From NCBI GenBank assembly GCA_022703965.1, contig JAKJHH010000001.1, positions 1-41,325 of the forward strand: a stretch of 41,325 nucleotides of DNA, given 5' to 3'. A model generated the notes under the pieces. It was given only the letters and a program-made list of their open reading frames with translations. It did not search any database and was not told where the DNA came from. This stretch comes from Verrucomicrobiota bacterium. GTDB lineage: Bacteria > Verrucomicrobiota > Lentisphaeria > Victivallales > UBA1829. Shown in pieces: positions 1-8,065 of this stretch. A program made the translations under genes and the position numbers. Positions within the stretch are counted from its first letter, which is position 1. Each line of letters opens with the position of its first letter.

Positions 1-386
1 ACAAGACGCCAGTCCAGATCGAAAAACTTTGATATCGCAGTTATGCTCATGTGAGGTCTAAGCTCAACAATACTCCGCTCAAGCAATCTTGTAATACGGG
101 CTTTAGGATTAGGCAGAAAGTCAAGCTCCTCAGTCTTACGTTCCTTGCAATCTTTGCAGTAAACTATGTGAACCTCAAGCTCGAAAAACAGATTCTTCCT
201 GCCTGTCGGAACTCCTTGAATACGGCGTACATGCGGAGCGTTCAGTGTAATATTATATGAACCGCATTCAGAACAGCAGAATTTCTTCCGTTCAATTCGC
301 TGGATGACCTTATCCTGCTCATATTTGTAGCTTACATGTTGAAATCCCTTTATCCCTTGTGTATGATACATCAGACTGGTTGACAT
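1..386 (-). mobile_element. ISL3-family transposase, N-terminal 128 codons; the gene runs off the left edge of the window
   Basis: My own minus-strand translation from the ATG at 386..384 gives MSTSLMYHTQGIKGFQHVSYKYEQDKVIQRIERKKFCCSECGSYNITLNAPHVRRIQGVPTGRKNLFFELEVHIVYCKDCKERKTEELDFLPNPKARITRLLERSIVELRPHMSITAISKFFDLDWRL. Two CxxC pairs (CSEC, CKDC) are followed by an HTH-like segment ending LDW, which is the zf-ISL3/HTH_Tnp_ISL3 layout. The gene is absent from the ORF track because it has no stop inside the window. Confidence 0.7.
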
Positions 387-662
387 GCTTATTCCTTTTT
401 TTTTAGCTGAAACAAGAAATATTATGTCACCGGTCTTTTTTCTGCCTTTATTGCTGAAAAAAATCCTTTTTTTCGGCATGCAATACCATCCGGACGGGTT
501 CCTGAAGATGTCAAGGTAAGCAAACGGAATAATAGGGAGGCTCCGCGACCGATTATGCCGGATTGCCCTTTACATCGCAAGGGTTCCGGCTATCTCAGGT
601 CTTATGCGACAAAATGCAGAAGAACCAATTTTTAAGAAGCAGATGCTATTTGAGGAAGATTT

Positions 663-763
663 AACGGGTAGTGCCGTCAGTCCCTTGACGGCTTCTCTTC
701 CCATTGTTTTAGACAGGCAACGTCTAAGGATTCGACGGCAAGGGACTGCCGTCGCTACCCGTT
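663..763. other. 101-nt three-hairpin palindromic element (structured RNA/ssDNA element or MITE-like repeat); function unknown
   Basis: A 9-bp closing stem pairs AACGGGTAG (663-671) with CTACCCGTT (755-763). Hairpin 1 (673-692) is GCCGTCA-GTCCCT-TGACGGC. The central hairpin (709-727) is TTAGAC-AGGCAAC-GTCTAA. Hairpin 3 (734-753) is GACGGCA-AGGGAC-TGCCGTC. The loops of hairpins 1 and 3 are exact reverse complements. Confidence 0.45.
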
Positions 764-1047
764 TTCAGATTCTTTCCGTGCGCTGAGCGAAGCTGAAGCG
801 CAGTACATGGGTGAAGATTTACAGACCTTTTTGCTTGCGGCTATGTCGCGTTGTAGCTAGAAAACTAAACTGACGCATTACCTCGGCAAGCTGGTCGTCA
901 GCGTAATAGCTGAACTCTGTTACGTCTTTGCCTTCACCGTCACAGATTTTACAAGACGGCATTATGGGAGGCAAGTCTCCTTCAAATCACCTTTAAACTA
1001 AGATAGCAAGTATGATTCGTCCAGTTTCCGGGAAGGAGTGGTTCATT

Positions 1048-2739
1048 TTATTCTCCGTCCATAGGATTTATTTCTATTAAGGTCGACAATCCGGATTTTA
1101 GCGTAATGACAGACTCGGAGGAGAGCTCTTCTCTAAGCAGTTCACCGGAGGCATTTTTAATTGAGATCTGTTTTTTTCCTTCAAAACATCGCAATATGAA
1201 ATCGCCGTTTCCGGAGGCATTGATGATAAAATGAGTTTTCCTCTCACTCATGTCAAGAATCCGGTTTCCGCTCACAAGTAAATGTATCGCCTCGGAGGTA
1301 CTTTCTGCAAGCAGATAGGGATAAAGAAGTCCACATTCATGTGGAATCAATTTACCGTGGAGCAGTGTCTGTCGGTGTTCTTTATGGAATCCGAGCCAGA
1401 ACTTAAGCATTTTCTTATGCGATTCAGGCAATTCAGCAAGATGTACTGAAATTTGCGGAACACTGAAAAGCACATGAATCAACTGCAATGCCGCCTGTTC
1501 TGGAGACTCGTGAAAGCCCCACATCAGCATATCGGAATGTATCGCGGCTTCGGGACATATAAGCCTTAAATCCGCAATCTGTATTCTGTTGCTGTTGAAA
1601 TCAGCGGGACAGTCTCCGGCTCGGAACATATTCCCGTACTTACGGAGCACGGAGCCTTCGTAGGGACGGCGGAATTCGATCAGCATATCGGGTTTAATTT
1701 TCCTGAGACGCGCTGTAATTTCCTTTAGAAGCAGCTCAACGGCTTCAGGCAAACCATCTGCGTTTCCGTCTTTTGCATGGAAAAGCTCGATGAAATCCAG
1801 TTTGAAGCCGTCAATACCGGAATCACACGCAAGCATTTCCAGTCTTCCTGCAAGGTAATCACGTACTTCAGGATAGCGCGGATCAAGGACGCTGAGTTTC
1901 CATTCAGGTTTCTCATAGAGACAAAACCCTTTGAAGCGCTCATAAGCTGCCGTATTTCTTCCCAGAAAAGGAAGTCCTATCCAGAGCATGTAGCGAATCC
2001 CCATCTCATGAATCCTTTTGACATGTTCGTTGAAGGATGGGAATTTCTGAGGATCAAGCTGCCAGTCTCCGCAGTGACTATAACTGTCATCCACTCCTGA
2101 CATGTGCCAGCCGTCATCGACAATCAACGTTTTAATCCCGTATTCCATCGCTGCACGGCATTCCAGTTCAACGGCTTCTGCATTTATGCTCTGGTGATAG
2201 CTGTACCAAGTGGAATACAGAGGCTCGAAAGCGTGAGCCGGAGCGGCTTTTACGGGAGTTTCAGCCATCGCTCCGCTCCACTTGAACGCATCCGTAAGGA
2301 CTTCAGAAAAATGAAGTTTCCTCAAATCAAAACGAATCTGGATGCAGTATGCCCCGGGGATATCAGGAAGACTTATTTTTGCGTGAATGCTCTTATCTGC
2401 TTCGTTGATTCCGGCGGAGATCTCAAGTTGGCGCAGGCCTTCTGAAAGAGTGAACGAAAAAAGATTCTCATCTGCCTGATTGAAAAAGAGAGCAGTGGGA
2501 ACTCCAGCCGCCACGTGACTTTTGAACGGCTGGTAATCAGCAGGCAGATTCTTGTGAAAAAGATCCCCGGACTTCCAGCATCCGGCAATTCCTTTCAGCT
2601 CAAGATTCCAGCCAAGAGTCACCTGCTTGCAGGAGTTAAAGCGGAGCTCCAACAACTCAATTCCATCCTGAGAACTTACGTAATACTCAGGAGACGCTCC
2701 TTCTACAGTCAACTGGCAAAATGAAAGTTTTATAATCAT
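1048..2739 (-). CDS. clan GH-D (GH36/GH27-like) alpha-galactosidase-family glycoside hydrolase, cytoplasmic
   Basis: 563-aa ORF. It carries LIVDDGWH and GIDGFKLDFIE motifs typical of melibiase-type TIM barrels. No signal peptide. Its start overlaps the upstream gene's stop as ATGA (2736-2739). Confidence 0.6.
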   Translation of the reverse strand: MIIKLSFCQLTVEGASPEYYVSSQDGIELLELRFNSCKQVTLGWNLELKGIAGCWKSGDLFHKNLPADYQPFKSHVAAGVPTALFFNQADENLFSFTLSEGLRQLEISAGINEADKSIHAKISLPDIPGAYCIQIRFDLRKLHFSEVLTDAFKWSGAMAETPVKAAPAHAFEPLYSTWYSYHQSINAEAVELECRAAMEYGIKTLIVDDGWHMSGVDDSYSHCGDWQLDPQKFPSFNEHVKRIHEMGIRYMLWIGLPFLGRNTAAYERFKGFCLYEKPEWKLSVLDPRYPEVRDYLAGRLEMLACDSGIDGFKLDFIELFHAKDGNADGLPEAVELLLKEITARLRKIKPDMLIEFRRPYEGSVLRKYGNMFRAGDCPADFNSNRIQIADLRLICPEAAIHSDMLMWGFHESPEQAALQLIHVLFSVPQISVHLAELPESHKKMLKFWLGFHKEHRQTLLHGKLIPHECGLLYPYLLAESTSEAIHLLVSGNRILDMSERKTHFIINASGNGDFILRCFEGKKQISIKNASGELLREELSSESVITLKSGLSTLIEINPMDGE

Positions 2740-3761
2740 GGCAGAACTTCCTTCATTTTTTCAGCAAGATGGATTCCCATAAGAACCTGTCCGTAAACTC
2801 CAAGATGCAGACCATCGGTATAAATCGCGCCGGGGTCATCCATCAATGAATTCCCGGGTATGATTTTGATATTGGCCTTCGCGGAAAATTCATCAACGAC
2901 TTCACGGAAAATCGTCTTCATTTCCAAATAGGGTTTGTAGTAGGGATCTGATTCAGGATCTTTCAGACGGTCAAGGTTACAGTCGTATGTCGGCAGAGCA
3001 AGAATCGGACGCTCAGGACGTTTTGAGATGAGTTTGCCAAGCATGTTCCGCATCCTTCGACGAATCTCCGTCCCGGGAGTTTTGGGTATTACATTCATTC
3101 CGTACATAAACGTGACAATATCGAATTCATCACGGGATGCAACGTAGTCGACATACTCATCCTGCCAGAGATTGCGTCCTGCCATTGCAAAATTAGTCAG
3201 ATCAAGGCCAAGACGTCTTGCGGCGATAGAGGAGTAGACATCCAGACCGAACTGGCCGACTGAACCGCTGAGAGCCAGATACTTGAGTCTCGGCTTCTCC
3301 TCCGGCAAAGGTTTGCGCACAGAATAAGTTCCTGCATCCAGACCGCAGAATATCACTGTCGGAGTTTCATCAAGCGCGATTCGCCAGACCTGCGGAGCAA
3401 AGCCGCGGGCAGGAATTGAATCCGTTCTCATGTTATTGTACATGCTTGCGGCGGAAAGCGTAATGCTTGTCATGCGTCCGGACTGAAGCATCAGTCCGGC
3501 GGGCATTTCCTGCTCGCAATCGCCTCGATACACTCTAATGCGACGGCCTCCCTGCTCTTTTTCGCCTGCGGCAAAGGCGAAGTGCAGTTTGATTTCCGGA
3601 GCCTCCGTTACAAAGCGAAGTTCTCCGCCTATCGGGCTCAAAGCTCCGGTGACTCTTCGGATATCCGCCGGAAAGCGATGAAGCTCAAGTCCATCCCATC
3701 CGGATGCCTTTTCAATTCCCGCAAGATTATGAAATTCAATATTCTCAAAATCTGTTCTCAT
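2736..3761 (-). CDS. SGNH/GDSL-type esterase (putative carbohydrate deacetylase) with a ~150-aa N-terminal extension
   Basis: 341-aa ORF. SGNH blocks are visible: LALSGSVGQ (block I, Ser), NFAMAGR (II), FMYGMNV (III), YTDGLHLG (V, DxxH). No signal peptide. Confidence 0.55.
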   Translation of the reverse strand: MRTDFENIEFHNLAGIEKASGWDGLELHRFPADIRRVTGALSPIGGELRFVTEAPEIKLHFAFAAGEKEQGGRRIRVYRGDCEQEMPAGLMLQSGRMTSITLSAASMYNNMRTDSIPARGFAPQVWRIALDETPTVIFCGLDAGTYSVRKPLPEEKPRLKYLALSGSVGQFGLDVYSSIAARRLGLDLTNFAMAGRNLWQDEYVDYVASRDEFDIVTFMYGMNVIPKTPGTEIRRRMRNMLGKLISKRPERPILALPTYDCNLDRLKDPESDPYYKPYLEMKTIFREVVDEFSAKANIKIIPGNSLMDDPGAIYTDGLHLGVYGQVLMGIHLAEKMKEVLP

Positions 3762-3799
3762 CGCATTTTCCTGTCAGTTAAGTGATCTTGTTGAGATTA

Positions 3800-3828
3800 A
3801 TTATAGATAAAAACAGTGCCTAAGTCAA
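3800..3828 (-). promoter_or_regulatory. sigma70-type promoter for the esterase/glycosidase pair
   Basis: On the minus strand, TTGACT (3828-3823) is followed by a 17-nt spacer and TATAAT (3805-3800). This lies about 40 nt upstream of the start at 3761. Confidence 0.5.
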
Positions 3829-3850
3829 CGGAAATGAACTAGACCATTAC

Positions 3851-3862
3851 GCATAATTATGC
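3851..3862. promoter_or_regulatory. 12-bp perfect palindrome GCATAATTATGC, a candidate operator between divergent promoters
   Basis: The palindrome is seen directly. It lies 23 bp outside the -35 of the minus-strand promoter and 23 bp upstream of a plus-strand TTGAAA(3885-3890)-16-TATAGT(3907-3912) candidate promoter. Confidence 0.3.
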
Positions 3863-3919
3863 ATAGAAAATAATATATGACGGATTGAAATCGGAATTCC
3901 CAGCCTTATAGTTTTAAGT

Positions 3920-4896
3920 ATGAGAAGGAAATCACCAAACAGCATGTCAAGTCTCGCGAAGAGTCTGGGAATATCGCAATCGACAGTTTCCAGAGCGCTC
4001 TCAAACAGCCGCGAGATTTCAAGAGAAACCCGTTCGAGGATCATTGGAGCCGCGAGAAAAGCCGGAGTCTCAATCACACAGCGAGCCTCAGTAAGCGTTC
4101 TGCTCCCCGTCAGCTCAATGGGAATTGTAGGATCAAATTCCTACATGGTTACAGAATTGATGAATGAGTCGGAACGCAGAGGAAAACTGATAGATTTCAT
4201 TCCACTGGATCACATAGAGATTCTGAACGAGAGGACAACTGAGGGAGTAATCTCACTGGACTTTCTCTACAATGTTTCAAAAGTATTCGGACACAAGTGG
4301 AATCTTCCTCTGGTCTGCATCAACGAACACTCGAATCTGCTGGAACAGGCATATTCAGTATCCTCCAATGAGCAGAAAGCCATGCGTGATACCGTGGATT
4401 ATCTGGTAGGGCTGGGACATCAGCGTATCGGCTTGCTTTACATGGGCGACGCTAAAGTATTCATAAGCAAACTCCGAATCGAAACATTCCAGCAGCAACT
4501 GACGAAACACGGCGGAATCTCTTTTGTCGAACCGATGAACTACATGGGGAAAAACGGCATATATCTGCCCTGCCGCTAAACAAACTTATGAAGAACAAAA
4601 TCACAGCCCTTGTCTGTTGCGGTGAAGGCTGCTGGAAACATGCAGTTCCGGCTTTGCGCCGGGCAGGAATACGCTATCCTAAGGATGTTTCAATATTCGT
4701 TTGGATGAATCCGAGCGAACAGGACATTTCCGACCCGCCTCTAAGCGGAGTCACTCAAAACTTCCGCGAGCTTGCCCGTGAAGCATTCGATCTGCTGGAC
4801 AAACAGATCAGAGGCGAACAGCGTCTTCAGAATGTTCAGGTCGATTACCTTTTTCTTGAAGGCAAATCATCCTCCCTGCCACGTCGAAAGAAGTGA
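3920..4896 (+). pseudogene. LacI/GalR-family transcriptional regulator interrupted by a single frameshift
   Basis: ORF 3920-4579 (frame 2) encodes the HTH (LAKSLGISQSTVSRALSNS) and the first half of the sugar-binding domain. ORF 4588-4896 (frame 1, open from 4456) encodes the remainder (KITALVCCGEG...PLSGVTQNF). Together they make about 325 aa. A G4A5 homopolymer sits at 4546-4554, within the frame overlap. Confidence 0.75.
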
Positions 4897-4922
4897 GGAG
4901 CGGCCAAGTTTAGACAAAAAAC

Positions 4923-5747
4923 CTATTTCCCATTCTCATAGAAACGTCTGTATTCTGTTGGTGACATTCCGCTTTGATGTTTAAAAAAACGGGAAAAGTA
5001 AAATTCCGAACTGAAATGCAATTTCTCAGCTATCTCCCGAACGGTTAACGAGTAATTTCCAAGAAGAACAGAAGATTTACGGAATAGAATCCTGTGTATA
5101 AGATCCTTTGGAGGGATTCCCATTTCCCTCGTAAATTTACGCGAAAAAACATCCTGACGCATCTTTTTCATTTCAGCCAAGGCTCCGACCGTAAGCAAAG
5201 CAGTACATTCCTTCTCAACATAATCCAGAATTGTCTGCCAGTCAGAACGGTATTTCATATCGTTTTTGAAAAGCTCCGGCTTCTCTCTCAGACAATTACT
5301 GCACAAAGAATAGATTATTTCGTTTATCCTGCATAAAGCAAAAGGCTCGTCATGACTTCGGATCAAGTTTCTGGCTTCATCTACAATATCGGGTCTGTCA
5401 AAAACACGGCATTCGGGAAATCTGGACATCAAATCAAAGCCGGGAAAAAGATCTAGATTAAACTGAAAGGAAACAAACTCCAAGTCCTCCGTCTGATGCT
5501 GATTGATCTCATAACGGCAGGGAACAAAATATATGTTTCCTCTCCTCATCGGATGCAAAACGCCGTTTGCCAGGTCATGAATATAACTGTCATCTTGTCC
5601 TGAATCAGCAAATATCATCAAAAGACGATTGACTGGAAGAAATGATTTTTCGCTATGACACGGATATGTTCCGCTAGCTGCATGCACAAGGCGCAAATGC
5701 AGTTGCGTATGTAAATTCAGAAGATCTCTTCTTATCTCAACTGCCAT
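4923..5747 (-). CDS. AraC/XylS-family regulator (cupin-like N-domain plus C-terminal HTH)
   Basis: 274-aa ORF. The C-terminus reads LTVREIAEKLHFSSEFYFSRFFKHQSGMSPTEYRR. It is divergent from the GRE operon. Confidence 0.8.
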   Translation of the reverse strand: MAVEIRRDLLNLHTQLHLRLVHAASGTYPCHSEKSFLPVNRLLMIFADSGQDDSYIHDLANGVLHPMRRGNIYFVPCRYEINQHQTEDLEFVSFQFNLDLFPGFDLMSRFPECRVFDRPDIVDEARNLIRSHDEPFALCRINEIIYSLCSNCLREKPELFKNDMKYRSDWQTILDYVEKECTALLTVGALAEMKKMRQDVFSRKFTREMGIPPKDLIHRILFRKSSVLLGNYSLTVREIAEKLHFSSEFYFSRFFKHQSGMSPTEYRRFYENGK

Positions 5748-5777
5748 AAAAGTATATTTTTATGCCTCATTTTACTA

Positions 5778-5806
5778 TTCATATGAACTATAATATGCCT
5801 TATAAT
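5778..5806 (+). promoter_or_regulatory. candidate promoter of the GRE/activase operon
   Basis: TTCATA (5778-5783), a 17-nt spacer, then TATAAT (5801-5806). A second overlapping TATAAT at 5789-5794 makes the assignment ambiguous. The intergenic region is 103 bp and AT-rich. Confidence 0.35.
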
Positions 5807-5850
5807 CTAATACAAGCAAATCAAATAAAATCAAGATAAAGAGCAATATC

Positions 5851-8061
5851 ATGTTATCGGAACAATTCAAAAAAGACCGTCCTTATCTGGAGCGTAAATT
5901 CAAAACTCAAATCTGCAATCCGGCAACAGGACTTGATAATGAAACCCTCAAGTCCAATTTGATCAGACTGACCGAAGAACTCAATGGCGAGCCACATGAG
6001 CTTATAAAAGCCAAAGCCTTCCGCTATGTCTGTGAAAATCTGGTAATCGACGTAAATCCACAGGACTTCTTTGTATGCTTCGGATGCTGGAACCGCTATG
6101 ACAGACCTCTCAGTTTCCTCATGTCAAAATGGGAAGATGAAGTTAATAAAAACTGCCTGAAGGAACTCAAAACTCTGGAGGAGCAGAATGCAAGCGGATC
6201 CTCGAAAATGTGGAAAGACTTCGACCATTCAGTTCCTGACTGGGAAGCCGTTCTGAGTCTTGGATTCCCGGGACTTCTTGAGCGGGTTAAAACTTATCGC
6301 CGAAAATGCGAAGCGGATGGAAAAATGGGGCTTGATGAGAAAGCTTACTACGAAGGGCTAGAAATCACCTATGCGGCAATACTCAAAATGCTGGATCGTT
6401 TTCATCTGTACGCGCTTGAACATTCAGATGGCAACCAGCGCGTAAAAGCAGTTGCTGCATGTCTGGATTCATTACGCAAAGGAGCACCATCTAATATATT
6501 CGAAGCGCTGCAACTTATCTATCTCTTTTTCATTTTCGGAGAACACATTGACCGCTTTCAGGTACGCTCGCTGGGCAATCTCGACCGCATGCTTTATCCA
6601 TATTTTCAGCACGACATAGCAGAAGGGCGTTACACGGAAAAAGAGATTCGAGATTTCTTTGCCTACTTCATGATGCAGTGGGCATCTATTGACAATTACT
6701 GGGGACATCCGTTCTATTTTGGCGGCAGCAAGGCAAACGGTGAAACAGAAATCAACGATCTATCCTACCTTATTCTGGATGTCTATGACCAGCTTGATAT
6801 ACCAACGCCCAAGCTTCAGATCAAGATTGCAGCAAACACTCCAGTAAAGTTCATAGACAAGGCTCTCGATATGATCCGCCGCGGACACAGCAGCATCGTA
6901 TTCCTGAGTGAAAACGCAATCCGCCGCGCCCTGCTCGGACAAGGCTGCACGGAAGAAGAAGCCCGCACCTGTGTGATCTCTGGATGCTATGAATTCATAC
7001 CTCAAGGACGCGGCAACGGCACATGCGCCGGACACATTAATATGCTTAAACCGATAGAACTGCTATTCCACAATGGAAGAGATCCTAAGACCGGAATTAG
7101 TTGCGGAATAAAGACAGGAGAACTATCAGAGTTTAAAACATTTGACGAGTTTTACAAAGCTTACATACAACAACTTGAGCACATCATTGAAAGCGTCCTG
7201 AAATGCGCTAATGATTTTGAAAAATATCTGCACCGGATCAACCCGGCACAGGTCTACTCCGGAACAATTGAAAACAGCCTGAAAACTGCAAAAGACGCTT
7301 TCCATAACGGCTCTGTCTATAATATTTCGGGCATCCTGAACGCCGGATTCGCAAATGCTGTTGATGCCCTCATGGTGATCAAAGATTTCGTCTTTGAAAA
7401 ACATGAAGTCAATCTAGCGGAATTCAGAGATATCCTTCAGGCAAATTGGCAGGGACATGAAAAACTGCGCCTGAAAATTCTGAATTCCAAGAATAAGTTC
7501 GGAAACGGAATAGAATCTGTAGATTCCTTTGCCGAAGGACTGGCTTTATTTCTGGCAAACAAAATCAATATGAGACCGAACTCCAGAAACGGCTTTTTTG
7601 CAGCATCAATGCATTCAGCCCGCCAGTTCATTGAACTCGGAGAAAAGACCGGAGCCAGTCCGGACGGACGTCTGGCAGGCGAAGAAATCTCAAAAAATGC
7701 GTCTCCTGTAATGGGAATGGATAAAAATGGAGTCACGGCTCTGATAAAATCCGTTACAAAAATCGACTCCGCACTTTTCCCGGGGGACTTTCCGCTGGAT
7801 GTAATGATGCATCCCGCCACAGTTCAGGGAAATGAAGGATTAAACGCGATGAGAAGTCTTCTGAAAACCTACATGGATAAGCATGGCATCGCAATTCACT
7901 TCAATATCTTTGACGCTAATGTATTGCTGGACGCGCAGAAACATCCCGAAAAGTACGAGGGCTTACAGGTACGAGTCTGCGGCTGGAACGTCCGTTTTAA
8001 CGACATCGCCAAAAGAGAACAGGATGAATACATCAAAAGAGCCTTGAGCATAAAAGAGTAA
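5851..8061 (+). CDS. glycyl radical enzyme, PFL2/eliminase-type, substrate unknown
   Basis: 736-aa ORF. The glycyl radical motif VRVCGWNVRF has Gly711 at nt 7981-7983. The Cys loop ISGCYEF has Cys379 at nt 6985-6987 and Glu381 at nt 6991-6993. GRE-like blocks EALQLIYLF and GNLDRMLYPYF are present. Confidence 0.9.
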   Translation: MLSEQFKKDRPYLERKFKTQICNPATGLDNETLKSNLIRLTEELNGEPHELIKAKAFRYVCENLVIDVNPQDFFVCFGCWNRYDRPLSFLMSKWEDEVNKNCLKELKTLEEQNASGSSKMWKDFDHSVPDWEAVLSLGFPGLLERVKTYRRKCEADGKMGLDEKAYYEGLEITYAAILKMLDRFHLYALEHSDGNQRVKAVAACLDSLRKGAPSNIFEALQLIYLFFIFGEHIDRFQVRSLGNLDRMLYPYFQHDIAEGRYTEKEIRDFFAYFMMQWASIDNYWGHPFYFGGSKANGETEINDLSYLILDVYDQLDIPTPKLQIKIAANTPVKFIDKALDMIRRGHSSIVFLSENAIRRALLGQGCTEEEARTCVISGCYEFIPQGRGNGTCAGHINMLKPIELLFHNGRDPKTGISCGIKTGELSEFKTFDEFYKAYIQQLEHIIESVLKCANDFEKYLHRINPAQVYSGTIENSLKTAKDAFHNGSVYNISGILNAGFANAVDALMVIKDFVFEKHEVNLAEFRDILQANWQGHEKLRLKILNSKNKFGNGIESVDSFAEGLALFLANKINMRPNSRNGFFAASMHSARQFIELGEKTGASPDGRLAGEEISKNASPVMGMDKNGVTALIKSVTKIDSALFPGDFPLDVMMHPATVQGNEGLNAMRSLLKTYMDKHGIAIHFNIFDANVLLDAQKHPEKYEGLQVRVCGWNVRFNDIAKREQDEYIKRALSIKE

Positions 8062-8065
8062 AATT

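Noticed and set aside
51-260. 69-aa plus-strand ORF at the left edge of the window
   Set aside because: It lies antisense to the well-supported ISL3 transposase reading frame and has a GTG start. It is a shadow ORF.
604-786. 60-aa plus-strand ORF (MRQNAEEPIFKK...RQRLRIRRQG...)
   Set aside because: It simply reads through the palindromic three-hairpin element. It has no SD, and its arginine-rich composition is dictated by the repeat. The nucleic-acid structure is the better explanation.
819-962. 47-aa minus-strand small ORF, MPSCKICDGEGKDVTEFSYYADDQLAEVMRQFSFLATTRHSRKQKGL, downstream of the GH-D glycosidase
   Set aside because: It has only one CxxC pair. The GGAG is poorly spaced, 14 nt from the ATG. 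There is no recognisable family and it is too short to judge from composition. Ribo-seq or conservation data would be needed before calling it a gene.
5761-5800. Direct repeat TATGCCT (5761-5767 and 5794-5800, 33 bp apart) as an AraC binding-site pair upstream of the GRE
   Set aside because: Only 7 bp are identical, in a very AT-rich 103-bp region. This is compatible with chance, so I am not calling it without binding data.
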